Part shown: positions 26,318 through 41,300 of the stretch, piece after piece | How positions within the stretch are numbered: the stretch's first letter is position 1 | Layout of the letters: every line of letters begins with the position of its first letter | Assembly: GCA_016196885.1 (NCBI GenBank) | Contig: JACPWU010000003.1 | Location: forward strand, 21,633 to 85,632 | Length of the DNA stretch: 64,000 nucleotides | Source: Chlamydiota bacterium | Lineage (GTDB): Bacteria; Auribacterota; JACPWU01 | Direction: 5' to 3' | Notes under the pieces: generated by a model | What the model was told of the DNA's origin: nothing | The model's database searches: none | The model's input: only the letters and a program-made list of their open reading frames with translations | Made by a program: the position numbers and the translations under genes

Positions 26318-29300
26318 ATGATAAATTCTTCACCTAAAAGGACCAGAGGGTTCCACCTCGGGTTGAAGTGTGTTTCCACACTGACCCTGATGGCCTTCTT
26401 TTTTACCTCCGTATGTGAAACTTCCCTTTTTGCGCAAGAAGGGTTGAAAGTTGGAAGTTGGAAGTTGGAAGGAAAGGAAAATAAATCCCCTCAGGTTTTT
26501 TCTTCCAACCTCAAACCTCCCACTTCCAACTTGCTTTCAAGCGTCTCTATTCCCTCCGTCAGAGGAGATGTCCTTCAGCGTTTTCAAGGTAAAGACGATC
26601 GTTTGGTGATTCAACTTCAAGACGTGCATTGCCATTTCGAGGCGCAGTCTAATTCGGCCAAGATTATCAAAGGGTTAATGGATGAACATGGATCCCATGG
26701 GCTTCACATGGTGGCAGTCGAAGCAGCAGGCGAGCCTGTGGACACTTCTCTTTTGACTTCTTTCCCGGATCCCAAACTCCGAAAAATGTTTGCCGATTAT
26801 CTCATGAAAATCGGAAAAATTTCTGGAGCTGAATATCTTTCAATCATTCAAGACAAGCCCCTTCCCCTCGAGGGAATCGAGAACATGTGGAATTATTTTC
26901 GACATGTTGTGCAGTTTAATCAGGGTCAGGTGGTGAAGGAAAAGGCGGAACCGATTTTAAATAAAATTCAAAAGGCGATTTTAGAATTGCGTAAAAAAGT
27001 TTATTCCGCAGAGATGAGGAAGTTTCTGAATCAGTCTGAGGCTTATGAAAAGGGAGATATGGAGTTGGGGGAGTATATAAAACAGTTAAAAGTTGAAAGT
27101 TCGAAGTTGAAAGAAAAAGATAAAAACTCCTTGTCATCTTCCAACATCCAACTTTCAACATCCAACATTCCTTCCTCCTCCAGCTATCCCAACATTTCTC
27201 TCATGCTCCAGATGAAGAAACTAGAGGACAAAATAGATCTCAAGCAAGTTGAAAAAGAAAGAGTCAAACTTTTAGAAGATTTAAGCCACAAACTCGTCAA
27301 AGAAGAGATGGTGGAGCTGATGACGAAGAGTTTGTACTACAGACTCGAGAAGATGGATGCGTGGGAATATTATGAATATTTAAAGACTGTCGTGAGTCGT
27401 GAGTCGTTAGGGGTGAGGGGTCAGAATTCAACGTTAGAGAAAACTTATCCTAACCTTATGAAATACATCGAAATGACAGAAATATTTCACGAGATCAAGA
27501 GTGATGAGCTTTTGAAGGAGTGTGAAAAGATATCGGAGGAAGTACAAGATAAGTTGTTAAAGACCAAAGAAGAAAAGGCGCTCAGGCAAATCGAAAAAGA
27601 CTTTATTATTTTGAGAAACTTTTTTGAATTGGAGATGAAGAAGAGCGAGTTTCAGTATTATGTGGAGAATAAGGAGAGGGTTTCGGCTGAGAATATAGTG
27701 GAAGGCTTAGAGAAGTTGGAGGGTCAAGGGTCAAGGGTCAAGGGTCAGGATAACTCCCCTCGGTCCCCTCTTAATTTAAGAGGGGAGGAAAAACAAAAAC
27801 AAGAGAGAGAGCAAGTAGAGAGTTCCTCCCCTATTTTAAAAGCGGGGGAAAAGCAAAGGCAGGTAACGTTCTCTCCCCTTAGTTTAAGGGGAGATGGAGG
27901 GGTTACAAATGACGACATCACCTTCCTTGACTCTCATCTCAAATCCCTCGAACAATTCTATCGCTACTCAGACAATCGTGAAGAGGCGATGGTCCAGAAC
28001 ACGCTCCGGAAAATGAAAGAGAACAAGAGTCCGATTGCGATTTTGTATGCAGGAGGATTTCACACTGATGGACTGAGCAAGCGTTTGGAGCAAGAAGGAG
28101 TGTCTTACGTCGTAGTTGCTCCGCGCATCACTCAATTCAAACTTAAGACCCCGTATTTATCCATTATCAAGAATGAGCCTTCGAAATTAGAGAAAATGTT
28201 GATGGATTTGAATAAAAAAGAAGGGTCCAACCTGGCTGCGATTTTGATTAGCATGAAGCCGGAGGAATTAGAAAAAATTATTTCAGATTTTCAGCTTGCT
28301 GACACTGACCTCGTCACTGTTTGGATTCGCGATACGATTCGTTTGCTTCGTACTGATAGAACCATGGCTCTTTTGATTTTAAAAACCTTGATGCTAAAAG
28401 ATCAGTTAAAAAATTTAAGTGCCTTGGCTCATGTGGGTGACAAGATTCAGGATTTGGAGAAAAGCTGGTTAAATGAATTCAAGAGGCTTTCGGGAGAAAA
28501 TAATTTTAATTCAGAAGAAGTTGAAGTCATTGAATTTAAATTGGATCGAGATGTTGTGGTGAATGGCAATACAATCACCCTTCAAGTTTTGATCAGTGGC
28601 AAACAATCTTTGACCGTGACTCTAAATGTTCATGAAGGCATCGAACAAATGATGAATCGTATCGAAGATGCTTTTAAGCCTGTGGCTCTAATACCTCCGG
28701 CTTCAGGAGAAAAGGGGGAAGTAAAAAAGTCAGGAGTGCCGCCATGGGTAAAAGCAGTATTTTCTTTTTTTCTTGTTTTTTTAACTAAATCGCTTTCTGC
28801 GGCTCCGAGTGTTTTTGTCAAAGCCCCTCTTTTTGATCCAGGAATGGATTTGGTTGCCTTGCACAGTCATTTTGCGATTTGGGGTTCGATGTGGACGTAT
28901 GCAGCGGTCATTGCGATCCCGCTCGGATTGGTTTTTATGTTTTGGGCCTTGGGCAAGATTAAGTCTCGATGGGTGGAGGCAAGAATAAGAGCGATTGTGG
29001 AAGAGGTGGAGCAACCGCAACTTCTTTCAGAAACGATTTCTTCAGGAACAGTTTCTTCCCGAGTTCATCTTTTTGATTTTGAATTCGCTTCAGATATTCC
29101 TCAATCTGAAAGAGAGCGTGCCTCAGCATTTTTTCAGGATGTTCTAGGTGATGAGCTTCAAATGTGGGAAAGAAATTTGCTCCGTCAATATCCAGTTTTA
29201 GATTCAAGGGAATTGAGATTTCATGTTCGATTTGTAAATGAAACTCCATCTGAAAAATGGGCTCTGAAAATGGAAGAGGGAGGTCTGGTTGTTAATTTAG

Positions 29301-32300
29301 GGGCCTTTCTTTCTGCTAAGGGCGCAAAAGCAAATTTAAGGTCTTATTTTGAAAGACTGAAGGTGGAGCGTGAAAGAGATTTGTCTGGGCGCAGAGATTT
29401 GATTGCACTCCCTCAGCAAGTTTTGAAGGGAGACGGTAGACTTTTTGTTGATTATTCGAGCGGGATTCGAAAGGTGTTGGTCAGCCAAGAAAACGCAGGT
29501 TCTTTATGGAGATTGGCAGGGCAGATCAAGGGACATCCGCAAAGAGTCGTACCTTTGTTGGATCAATTGGAATCTCAGGCGGTGACAGCTGTTCTTTATG
29601 ATAGAGAGGGTCAGCCCTTTTCGCTTTTGATCTATGTGCCTGGTTTTACAGATCAGGTCTACGACTGTCCCTTGATTCGGGACCGGACAAGATATGATGA
29701 ACTTCTTTCGGTTTATCGTTCGCTCTCTTCTATTCCTTCAGTGGAAATGGTCAGGAGGAATGATGTTTCTGTAGAAGATGTGAAAGATCTTTTAGGGGAC
29801 AGAGATCATGTTGAGTTTTTTGTGAGATGGGCTTCAAAGGCGGCAGAGAAGAAGCGTCCTTCTTTCTGGAATGTTTTGCGTGCTTTGGCATTGTGGATGA
29901 CAAAGGGAGAGCGAGAACGATTTGATGAGATGCTGGAAAAATACTTTGGCACTTCCTGGTTGGGTCGGTTGATGGCAATGGGTTTTTGTCTCTTCATAGG
30001 GACTGCGTTCAGCGCCATCATCATTGGTTGTCTTGGTTCTCCGACGAAAGCTGATGCAGCTTATTTTGATGTTTCGTCTCATGGGGGAACTCTTTCTGCT
30101 GAGGTTCAAAAAGCACCTTCTCAGAAAGGGGGAGACGTAGAAAGTGAGGGAGACATTCAGGCGGATATCGAAAGATTAGAAAAGGGAATACAAGCTTTAA
30201 ACGAGGAAAATGCTTCTGCGACCTCAGGCTCTGGCGCAAAAGAAGAGAAAGCACCTCCCGTAGAAGAAGTAAAAAAGACTGAAGGGGGAAAGAAGAAGGC
30301 CGAACCTGAATGGACGAAGAAAAAGAGAGAGGAGTATGAAAGAGATTTGGCAAAAGAGAGAGAGGCTTTTAAGAAAAAGGCAGGTGCACCTCATTCAGAA
30401 AATCTTACGCTTCAGCCTACAGAAAATCTTACTGACTTAAAAGGAAAAATACAGGCGATAGAAGAACAAAAAAGACTTGAAGAGTTAACCATTGATACCC
30501 TCGAATATTTAAGTGCCCAGCTTCGAGTGGAAACCCTGAATCAACAAGCCGCAAGTCTTGAGCAGGAAATCGTGGCCTTAAAAGATCAGTTGAATCAGGA
30601 AGAAAAACTTTCTCCGACTGATAAAGAGAGTCTTCAGAAAAGACTTCATGGAAAAGAAGAAAAGTTTCAGACATGTCAACAGTCTCTTCAGGAATTAAAC
30701 GCTGAGATAAATGCCATGAGGCATGATTCAAAAATCGAAGAGGGTTTTAAAGAAAAATCAGATGAAGAATTGGAGAAAGCCATGAAAGGGCATCTTAAGG
30801 AATATTTTATTCTTCATGTCAGATTACAACGTTATCAAGCAATGATGCAAGATCTCTTGGGTACAAAAAAGAGAGATTCCGGTGTTCAAGCGCAATCCAG
30901 TTCCTCTGCCAAAGTTCAATTAATTCCTTCTTCTCAAGATTTAAAACCTGCTCAGGGTTCTTCCCCCCAGAGTTTGCGTGAGTCTATTAAATATTTTATT
31001 GAGAGAGGGGTGAAACATTTTGATGAGATGAGTCAGGATGATGATGCGCTGGCCCAGTATCTTTATGATCAATATCGTTTGAAGGGCAGGGGTGAGTTAA
31101 AAGGAGAAGTTAGGATTGGGTGGCAGAATTATTATTCTTATGGGACTGCTGGATCTGATTCCTATGAAGCTCAATCGGAAGAGGATGTGGTGGCGACTTT
31201 GTTTTTCGACAAGACGATTGATAATGCAAAAAAAGAGCAAATGAAATCAGCCTTTTGGCGTTTAGAAGCTCAACATCGTATGCAGCTTCAGGGACAATAT
31301 GACGCCTGGGCTGGGATTTATCAATTGACGGGAGAAGTGCTGAAGGCAAAAGCCAATATTGAAGTTCAGAAAAAATTTGAGACAGAGGCTAAATCTTTGG
31401 TGGATCAAATGCAGGAGCGTTTCTTGAAACCCCGCGAGATGGATGAGGCTCAAGGGGGGGACCCCAGGATTTTTCAAACGCGATACTTGAATCGTTGGCA
31501 TGAAGCTCAGGCCAGCCGTATTCAGGCTGAAGAAGCTTATGAGACAGCTTGCTTAAGACTAAAAGGGCTTTCCGGAATGGCTGTTGATGATGAGATTCAA
31601 ATACCCGGCTCTTTGGAGGAGTGGAGTGTATTTGATATTGAATCTCTTTTTAAAGAGATTTCTGAGGAATTAAAAAATGAGGGAGTGAATGCAAAGTTTA
31701 TGGATCAAAGCGTTCAAATTAGCACTGCTTTGGTGAATGAGGCTGCCTTTTGGAAAAAGGAATTGGACGAGAATGACGTTTCGCTTGAGATGAAATTGGG
31801 AGCAGGCTTACAGGGGCGATGGAACATGGATACTTCGGGTGGTTTTGAATGGCCGTTTAATCCCTTTGTTTCTGGAGAATTTGAGTTAAAAATTTCTCTC
31901 CTCGATTGTGTTGCAAAGGCTCAAGGAAGGGTGGGTGAAGTCATTAATCAAATGGCGGTTCTGAGGATGGATGAGGCAAAAAAAGGTTTGTACTTTAAGT
32001 ATTTAAATGCCCAGGCTGAGCTGGAGGCAGCCCAGAGAATTTTGAAGGTTTTAGAGAAGGTTTTAGAGGTTGAGTTGAAAGAAATGAGTGTGGAGCCTCC
32101 GGTGCTGCAAAGTGATTTGGAGCTTGAGTGGGACCGGATTGGCGTGAGTCGGAATTTGGAGATCGCTCGCAATGAGGCTTTGGCAAGAATTGCCAGTGCC
32201 CGACTCAAAATGACGGGGTACCGCGCTCAGATACCTCCTGAAGAGTTGAAAAAAGTAGACGCGCTCGTTGATTTTGATCAATTGTTCGGCCCTGATTTTG

Positions 32301-35300
32301 GGGCTTTGAATGTTTCAGCTTTTCTCAAAGCTTTGGCCACAGAATGGGTGGGTGGTGAGGTGACGGATTTGACTTCTGTTCCGTGGGAAAAAATTTTCCC
32401 ATCCGACATGGCTGAACGGATGAAAGGAATAAAGGATTATGATCATGATTTAAGAATAGACGCCAATCAAGATCTCCTGAAAAAAATCATAGAAAAAATG
32501 AATGAATTGATTCAACAGGAGGATTTTCTTTTTCGTCATCCCTCTATAGGTTCTTTAAGTTTCGATGGTTCTGCTATGCAATTTTTAAATATTCTGATTC
32601 AGGATGGAGTGCTGAATGCTCAGGACTACCATCCAAAACAAGATTTGACTCCAGAAGAAAAATTCCAAATTTATACTTTGAATCGTTTGGTTTTAGAAGA
32701 GAAATATCCTGAAGTTTTTAAAGTTCAACTTTCTTTTCCTATCGCAGCCCAGAAGGCTGTTCAAGGTTCGGGCGCTTTAAGGGGACAAGAGTTGGAGGAA
32801 CAAGCTCATACCGCACGAGGGAAAGTAGCTTTTAACAGTCGGATTCCGGTTGTTCAGGGAGGGCTGAATGTCAATTTTAATCTGGGAACTTATGGGGATC
32901 CGATTGGATACCGTTTTGATCAGGGCCAACCGTTCATTGGGGACAATCCTCACGCCCATTTGACTTTGACGGGGGGCACCTCTCTTTGGTTGGCGGCGAC
33001 TGGACCTCTCCCTATCTTTGGAAAAACGTCCGAACAAAGGGCTCATGTGAAGGCTGAAAAGGGATGGATTCAAGCGCGTGAAGAGGAAATTACAAATCAA
33101 TTGATGGAGGGTTTGTATAACGTCTTTAAAAATGTAGCATTGGCTCAATCGGATCTTCAGAGACTTCAAAAAGAACTTGCAGAATTAAGGGCGTTTAAAG
33201 AATTGCTTGAGAGAAAACACACAGAGGTGCCTTTGACTGAAGAGCAATACCTTTCTCAAGCTCAAAAGGTTTGGCTCAGAATCATGGAAAAGAGAATTGA
33301 AATTAACCGCATGGAAAGCACCCTTGAAGGTTATCGGATAGATGTTTTGAGTCGAATGGGTGATGAACATTTAAAAGGTCAATTTCTAGATTGGCCGAAA
33401 GAGCCGTCTGAGCAGAGGGCCAGAATGATTCAGATGGGGAAAGAGGTTGCTTCTGGAATAATTCCTCAATCTAATTTGAATTTGGAAACCGCACAGGTGA
33501 ATGTAGCGAGAGAGGTTTTGGGCAATACCAGTGCTGCTCCTACAATCACTTGGACTGTCGGCGCAGCAGCAGGACCCTCTTTCCCTGAACTTTTCAGAGC
33601 TGAGGATCAAAATGAGGCCTGGAGGGTGCTTCCGTTTCTTGCGGGTTGGGTGGGTATTCATGGGACATTGCCGCAGCCTGGCCTGAAAAAAGCTCAAGTG
33701 AATGCAGCACAACAAAAAGTTTTTGAGGAAGAGGGAGAACTGGAACGGTTAAAACAGGAACAAACAGCGGAGGAGCTTTTGGACTGGAGAGAGTATACCC
33801 GTTTAGAAGTTCAGGTAGATGAAATATCTGAATTGTTAGCGGAGGCAAAATCCCTCTATCAGGATATTCAGGAAGATTTAAAAATTCCGGGACAGTGGGG
33901 GAAGCAGTATCAGCCTGAGAACCTTTTGAGGGTGATGAATTTAATTTCGATGGTTGAAGAGGAATGGACTCGTGTGGAGTGGTCCCTCAATGGTTTTAAG
34001 CATGTGAATTTAAGAAAGTTGGGTGTGGATGAAAGTAATTTCGAAGAGAGAAAAGCTCAAGCTCTTGCAAGGCTTGAAAAGGGTGAGGTGCCTCAGACAG
34101 GAGTTGCATCTAGTTCTTCGCAAAATCTTGCTCAGGCGCGGTCTCAAACGACTCTCAATCCTCAAGGCCCGCATTCTTTGATTCAAGTAGCCCAAAGAGC
34201 CATTCTCTACCACCCCAATGTGGAAAGCGCTTATTTAAAGGTTCAGGCGCTTGAGGCGAAGAAGAAAGAGGCTCAAGCCCATAAGTGGCCAGCAGTGACT
34301 TTATCTGGGGGTGCGAGGAGTGATTCTCCCAAGCTGGCGAATGAACGCTATCCCTCTATTTATAATAGCGGATATGCTGGATATGAGCCGGGGATTGAAG
34401 GACAAAAACCAGAATGGCCGCCAAAAGTTCAGGCGAGTGGTTCGGCGACAGGCAATGTTCGTTTTTGGGATGATTCAGAGGTCAGAGAAGTAGAGGCAGA
34501 ATTAGGGGCGGCTCGAGCAGACTTAATGCAAGCTGTTTTAAATGCTTTTTATGAAAGCGTTCTTCTTTACTATGATCTTGTTTTTGAAATGGAAAAAGCC
34601 AAAGCTTACTCCCAAGATTCAGAACATAAATATGCCTTGGCGCGGTCCATGTGGTTGAGAGAAAGACTTTTGTTGGCCTCCCAGATTGATACCCATGAAG
34701 TGGGTATTGAAGCCTTAACTTCTCTTTTAAGGCTTTCACCCTCCGGAATGGGGCAGGCTCAAAATCGTGCCAGAAGTTTGTTGATGATTGATTTTGATTT
34801 GGTCCCGTCAGAAGGCCTGCCTGATATTTCTTCTTTGGTGGCTCAAATGCATTCGGTTCTTTCTACGGGAACAGGCAGTACGGAAATTGAAAATCTTTTA
34901 AAAGAATTATGTGCTCGAGATCCAAAGTCGGTTATTTTTCAGGCCTTGGGAGAGAAGGAAAGAGCGGCCGGGCAGGCGGTTCGTCGCGATCGTCTGGGAA
35001 CCTGGCAATTGGTTTTTGATTCCCCGGATTGGCGAAAAGGTCAGGTGGAAGCGATGCTGACGTGGACAAAAGTTTTTTTGGATGGCGGAAAGAAAGAATC
35101 AGCGATTCAGTTGCATAAAAGATTGGAAAAGAAGGCAAAAAGAGAGGCAAAAGAATATGAGAGACAACAACTTCTCGATGTGGCGCAGGCTTTCAAGGAA
35201 GTTCTTTCTCAAGCAGGGCTTTTAGAGGTTGAGCTAGAAAAAATTAAAGTTTCTGAGAAGCAAGTTGAGCTTTTAATGGAGCGTTTAGATGTGCCTTCCA

Positions 35301-38300
35301 ACGATCAAGCAAATCCTCATGATCTTAAAACACACGCGTCCGATGTGCAGGACTCTTTTAGCAAATTGCTTGAGGCCTGGACGATTTTAAGAGATGTTCA
35401 AGTGAGTTCTCAAACCGCCGTGGCTGAGATGGAAAGAAGGTTTTGGACACTCAAGAAAACCCTTGCCCTGGCCCAGGCCCATGGTTCTCCAGATCCTGAA
35501 CGCAAGAGATATCTGGATGAGGTACAAGCCTTTCTCGATTCAACGCATGTGGCTGAAGTATCTGCAACTGCGCCTGTACAGGTCGAGCCTGCGACAAAGC
35601 TTTCGACAGAATTAAGAGAGGGATTGAAAGCGCAAAAGGCTTTGGATAAAAAGTTAGAGGAAGGGACAGAGGAGCCGAGAGTTCCTGTCTCCAGACCCGT
35701 CGAGCTTCCCTCTCGTGTGGGAGTTCAAAGGAATCAAGTTCCTGCTTTTAAGAGTCTGGTTCCAGAACCGCCTTTGGAATATCAAGCTCGTGACGAGACG
35801 TTGCCGGAAGCCAAAAAAGAGAACCATCGTGCAGAGCCAAAACCAGAGGAGCCTCCGAAACCCAATGTGGGAGAGGAGGAACATACGTTTTTGAATCCGG
35901 AGGGCTGGGTGTGGAGGTCTATGCGTTGGTGTAGGGGATGGAAAATAGGACGGTCTATTTTAAATTGGTTAGGAGAAGATGAGGTTGTAGCTACTTTGGA
36001 ACGTCTTCATCTTCTTGAAAATGGACAACAATTGCTGCGTCGTCAAAGAGAAATTGAGGTGGATGATGCCAGTCGTATTAAAGAATTGAAAAAAAAGGGA
36101 ACCCAGGCTCAGGAGAGAAAAGCAAGGGAAGAACTTCGTGAAATACGAACTCGACTTGAAGAAGAACGTGAACAGATTTTTGAAGAGCACTATGGGCTTT
36201 TTCTTCACACGGTGGATTACACTCAGGCTCATCATGACAAGCTCGAGGAGAGAACGAAAACAGAGCCCTATATTCTTTGGCGGTCTTTTATTGATCTTCC
36301 CATGTTTCCAACTTACCCGGATCCGATTGAGTTGAAAAATGTGCCCTGGATTGTTCAGAAGATGAGGAATGCCATGTCTGCAGGTCATTTTTCAGGGATT
36401 GATCCTCGTATTATTACGGAAAACGGTTTGAAATGGGTTTTCAACACGTATGGTCAAATTCGGGGTCGATCTCCCCAGGACATGAATGATTATTTTGATG
36501 CGTGGACTCTTTTGGGATCACATATAGATCAGAAATTGGCTTCTTTGAGAAAGGAGTTGGGTTTAGAAAATTCAGATGAAAGGGAATGGAATGATTGGCT
36601 GAATGGGACTTTTTTCCCGAATGGTTTTGCCTCGACTTTTTCGGGTTTACTCGGGATTGAGCGTTCTTCAGCTCTGACAGATCAGGAACTTGGAAATCCT
36701 CATGCAGGTATCAGGCGCTTGGGCTATTTCAGTGCGTTATCTTCTTTGGCTGTGAAGATGCGACACGAAAATCCAAAAGATTCCATGGAGACGATGATAG
36801 GAAAAATGGTTGCCCCCGGAGGCGATTTAGATCACTCGTTTGACTGGATGAAGACCCGGGCTCTTCATTTTGGTCAGGGGACGCTTTCTCTTCAAAGCGA
36901 CGAGAAATTTATCAAGGATGATCTTCATTATCAGGAAAGTATTTTTGTGGATGAATTCTCTCAATTGAAAGAACGAAAATTCGCCCAGGCGGTCATTGAT
37001 CATACCGATGCGGCAAGAATTCTATATTCCGTGATGTATAGCTCTGACTTTGGAATTGTGGATAAGAATGGGAGCGGTTTGGAACATGCAGACCTTGAGA
37101 CTTTAAGACGTAAGCTCTCCATGTCAGATGACTATGAGAGTCAAAGCTTTGTTTTGTCTATTGCCAGCGTTGCCATGGCACATCATATTTCTCCTGAAAA
37201 AATGCTTGATTTAGCCGGTAAGGCCCGCCGTGTGATGGGACCCGAAATTGCAAATATTTATGCGTCTCGCCTGACGCGTGAGGCCTTTTTGACAGAACCT
37301 TATTTTGCTCAGGATGCTGGTAAATTAAGACATCTTGTTCGAGCTCAAAAATTTCATAAGGAGAAGGCTCAGGCTTTGCTTGCTCAAGGCGATACTGCAA
37401 TGGCTGCAGAAAATGAGAAAATGGCCAAGGAATATCGAGAACGAGCACAGATAGAAGAGCAGGCTCTCAAGAAACGTTTGGTGCGTTCCCTTCTCATGTA
37501 TTGGACAAACTGGGCTGTTGAATTTTTGCTCGAGCGTGAAAAAGATCCCAAGGTTGATCCCATTGAAGAGTTAAAGAAATTTTTTAGATTGTTACCCCAA
37601 TATCAGGCAGTGATGAGCAATGATCCGATGGGGCTTTATCCCGATCGGTCTTTTGACATCATGAACCCCAGGGATTCTGGAGTTCTGGTTTATTGGACGA
37701 AAATAGGTGCCATTCGGGGAATGGAGGCCCAGGAGCTTCGAACCCTTCACCATCGCATGGTGTCCATTGGAAGCATGGATGTTTTTCGGCGTGTATTGAA
37801 GCTTTTTGACATTCATGCGGGTAACGAGTTAGATCCAGAAAATAGAGATCAGATGGGAGCGGCCATGATGTATGCCGTTAGAGCAAATAAATGGAATTGG
37901 GGAGATTCAGACGTGATTCGCTACTTAGAAAATGTAGAGTGGATTTTGAAGAATCAAGAGATGAAGCTCACCATGATTGAACAGTGGTATTTGGGGGGGG
38001 AGGTAGAGAAGGCAGAACGAATGGCTGCCTTTTTTTGGAAGGACATGTCTTCGTTGGAAGAAGTTTTGACCGCACGAGCTGGGCGACCCGATCAGGAGTG
38101 GCGTGTTTCAAATGATCAATTACGAATGCTTTGGACGGCGGGTCATGAAAAGGCTCAGGACATTGATCTCAAATATGGAAAAGACTATAAGAAGGCCTTG
38201 CTTTATTCAATGGTTAGTTTGGTGGATGAATTTATGGTCCGGTGGGGGGTTGATCAAGTTTCCTTGGTTCAATTGGAGCAAGGCGTCAATCGATTTCTGG

Positions 38301-41300
38301 ATCGTGTAAAGACTGAATGGAAAAAGGCAGAGATTTCCTCCGATAAACTTTTCTGGCAGAGAATGAATCGCCAGGATGTGGCGTTGGCTTTTGTCATCAC
38401 ATTGAGACGGCAGGGATTGTCCACAGAAAATGCCTTTGCGCATCTTCAAGATCTTCAACGAGCCGTGGAACGGAGTCAATCTAGTTTAAACTATTTAGAA
38501 TCATTGCTAGGTTCTGAGACTTCAAATCAGGTACGTGAAGCGGTTGAACGAGGAGATCGACAGGCTTTACTTCTCTTGAAAAGAGAGATTATGGATGGAT
38601 CGAAGGTTTGTATTGATCCTAATGTCGATCGATATTTAATATCCCTTCTGCAGTTTATTTCAAGTGAGGGTGCTGTCCATATGGACCTCATGCTAGATAA
38701 GATGGCCGAAGTGCTCAAGGCCCATCGTAAATCTCATCTTTCTTTACAGACCGATCTTGTCCCAGGTCTTCAGATTTGGCAGGCAGAAATGTCGGTTTAT
38801 GGCTGGGGGGAACTTGAGAAGGTTTTTGGGAAAGACATCCTTCAACAAATTCAAGAGGCTGTGAGGCTTGACAAGCCAGAAGATGTTGCGAAAATTACAC
38901 TTTCTCCTGACATTCGTCACCGGGCCGAAGAGGCCATGGTGGGATCCAGCCGAGGAAGGCCGGTGGAGCAATATATTCGATATGTCCTTCTGATTTTAGA
39001 AATCGAGAAGGCTCCCTTGACACTCCCCTTTCATGAAGTGACTTTTTTTGGAGAAGATTTTTTTAAGCGAGGCGCCTCTCCTACTTTCATTTTGGATTAT
39101 TTTAAGGCCAGAACTTACCTAAGATCCAGTTATTCTCTTTATCATCGTGCCGCGGGCAATTTTGAAAGTTTGGAGCCGTTTATTGAGGAAGTGGATCGCG
39201 AGAATAAAACGATCATGGGTTCACAGAAAGAGAGAAGGCTTTTTGTCCAACCTCTAACCCCCCCCGAGAAATTGTCACCGGGGGAAGAGGGGTCCTATCT
39301 TTATCGCTTCGAAATGGGACTCGATTCCTATTTTGACATGGGTAATCATGATATTCAGATGTCGGCCTTGATTGTTCGCGGCGAACGAGAGATGTTATGG
39401 AAATTTGAAGAAATGAGGGTGAAGCATATTCCTGAGCTTAGGGAACAGTTGGCTGAGGCAAGAGAGCGCGGAGATGAAAAATTAATCGAGCAACTCGAAA
39501 AGGCTTTAGAGAAATGGAAAGAGGCTCGGATCGTGCCGTTTACTTATCGGGAAGTAAAAGAATTTCTCGAAGCAATTAAAAAGGGGGAAATGGATAAGCA
39601 TGAGATTGATCTATTTTTTGAAACCGCTCTTTATTTTCAAACCAAACTTTTGGATTCGGGTCTCGTGACGCTGGACTACTTTAATGGTGTGTCCTATTTA
39701 GTGAATCATTTTTGGAACGAACCCGGCCTTTTTGAGTGGCTGATGCAGTATCGTACGGAAACTAAAATTGTTGAATTGTGGACCCAAGAGCCTGACAAAA
39801 AGGATTTGGGGCCGGAGGGAAACCGCTGGAAAATCTATTCACTTTTGGGACGCATGATTGCTCAAGGAACTCCGTCTAGCGAATTGGTTGAGCGCCTGGT
39901 GAATCTTGATTTAGAACTTTCAGGGAAAGGGGTTCCCAATGATCGGTCAAAAACTCGGATGAAAGAGGGCATTGAAGCATTTCAAATTTTGAGGGATGTG
40001 ATGATAGAAATGTTGGGGCCGAGCCTTCATAATCAAGAAAAGAAGACGGCCTTTCGCCGTTTGATTGAGGAATTGCTTGAGAGCCCATCTTCTTTAGGTC
40101 CATCTTTAGAAAATTGGCTTTGGGGTGTTCTGGAAAGCCGTATTGGAATCACGGAGGCTCAAGATTGGAAATTAAATAAAGAACGACTCTCTCAAGTTAG
40201 AAAGGATGATGAAAAGACAAAGGCGGATACGGCTGATCGTGCAAATGCCATTATGAGAGAACGTCCCAACCTTTTAATGAAGACAGATCTTAAAAAATCT
40301 GATTTGCGTCTTTTAGGAATGGATCCAAAAACGGCGGATGAGTTCTGGCAATATTTAACTCAATCAGGATTTCTTGAACCGAATCGGGAATTGGACGGCC
40401 TTTTAGCGGGCAACGTGAGTCAGGACTTAAGAATCCGGTTAGTTGCGGACGAAAGGTTAGGAGGAGAACTAGAGGCCTTGAGGGTGGGGATGTCAGAAGA
40501 AATGCGAGAGGAAATGACAAGGTTATTGGGGTCGCCTTTGATGCAGGGTTTGGATGATGTGCTTTTTTCTTCCGTCAATGCTGTAGAGGAACTTTTGAGT
40601 GCAAAGATCCCAGAACCCTTGAAAAGATATTTACCGGTCACTCTATTGAGTTCCATGACAGCTTTGGAGAAAGTGAAGTGGATTCGGGAAGAATTTTTAA
40701 GTGATCCAGCCACTTTCGAGTTGGTGATGAGTCGCTCTGTTCAAGTACAACCAAGAGAGCCTGGGATGGAGCACGCTCTTGAACAATTGAAAACCATTCT
40801 TCTTTCTAAAAATGCCTCTTTAAAAGGGATTTTTGAAAAGCATGCAGATGCCGTGGGTCGCATTCAGGGCGCTTTAAGAGATGCTGGCCCTTCTTCAAGA
40901 GAATATTTAGAGGGGCTATTGGCATTGGTATTGCCCGATAAACTGGAGCAGTCGCATGGGAAAGATGTTGTCAATGACAACGATCCTTTTAAACCTCTTA
41001 AGCCTCTTCAATTTACTTTAAAGTGGGAGAGAAAATTAAGTCCTGAACTGCGTTTGCATTTGGGTCAGCTCTTTGAAGATCTTATCAGACACCGAGAGGA
41101 GTTTGAGATACAGCCTTTCACGGATGAAAATCGTTCTTCTATTCGTCAAATTCTTGGAATAGCCTCGACAGATCGAAATCAGGCTTTTGAAGGTTTAAAA
41201 GCCTATTGCAGAGATGAAGCAGTCATAACTCGAGCCCTAGACAGGGCTGTAGAAGGAGATATCGAGGGGGGGCTTGCTTTATTAGAGCCTTTTGCGAAAG

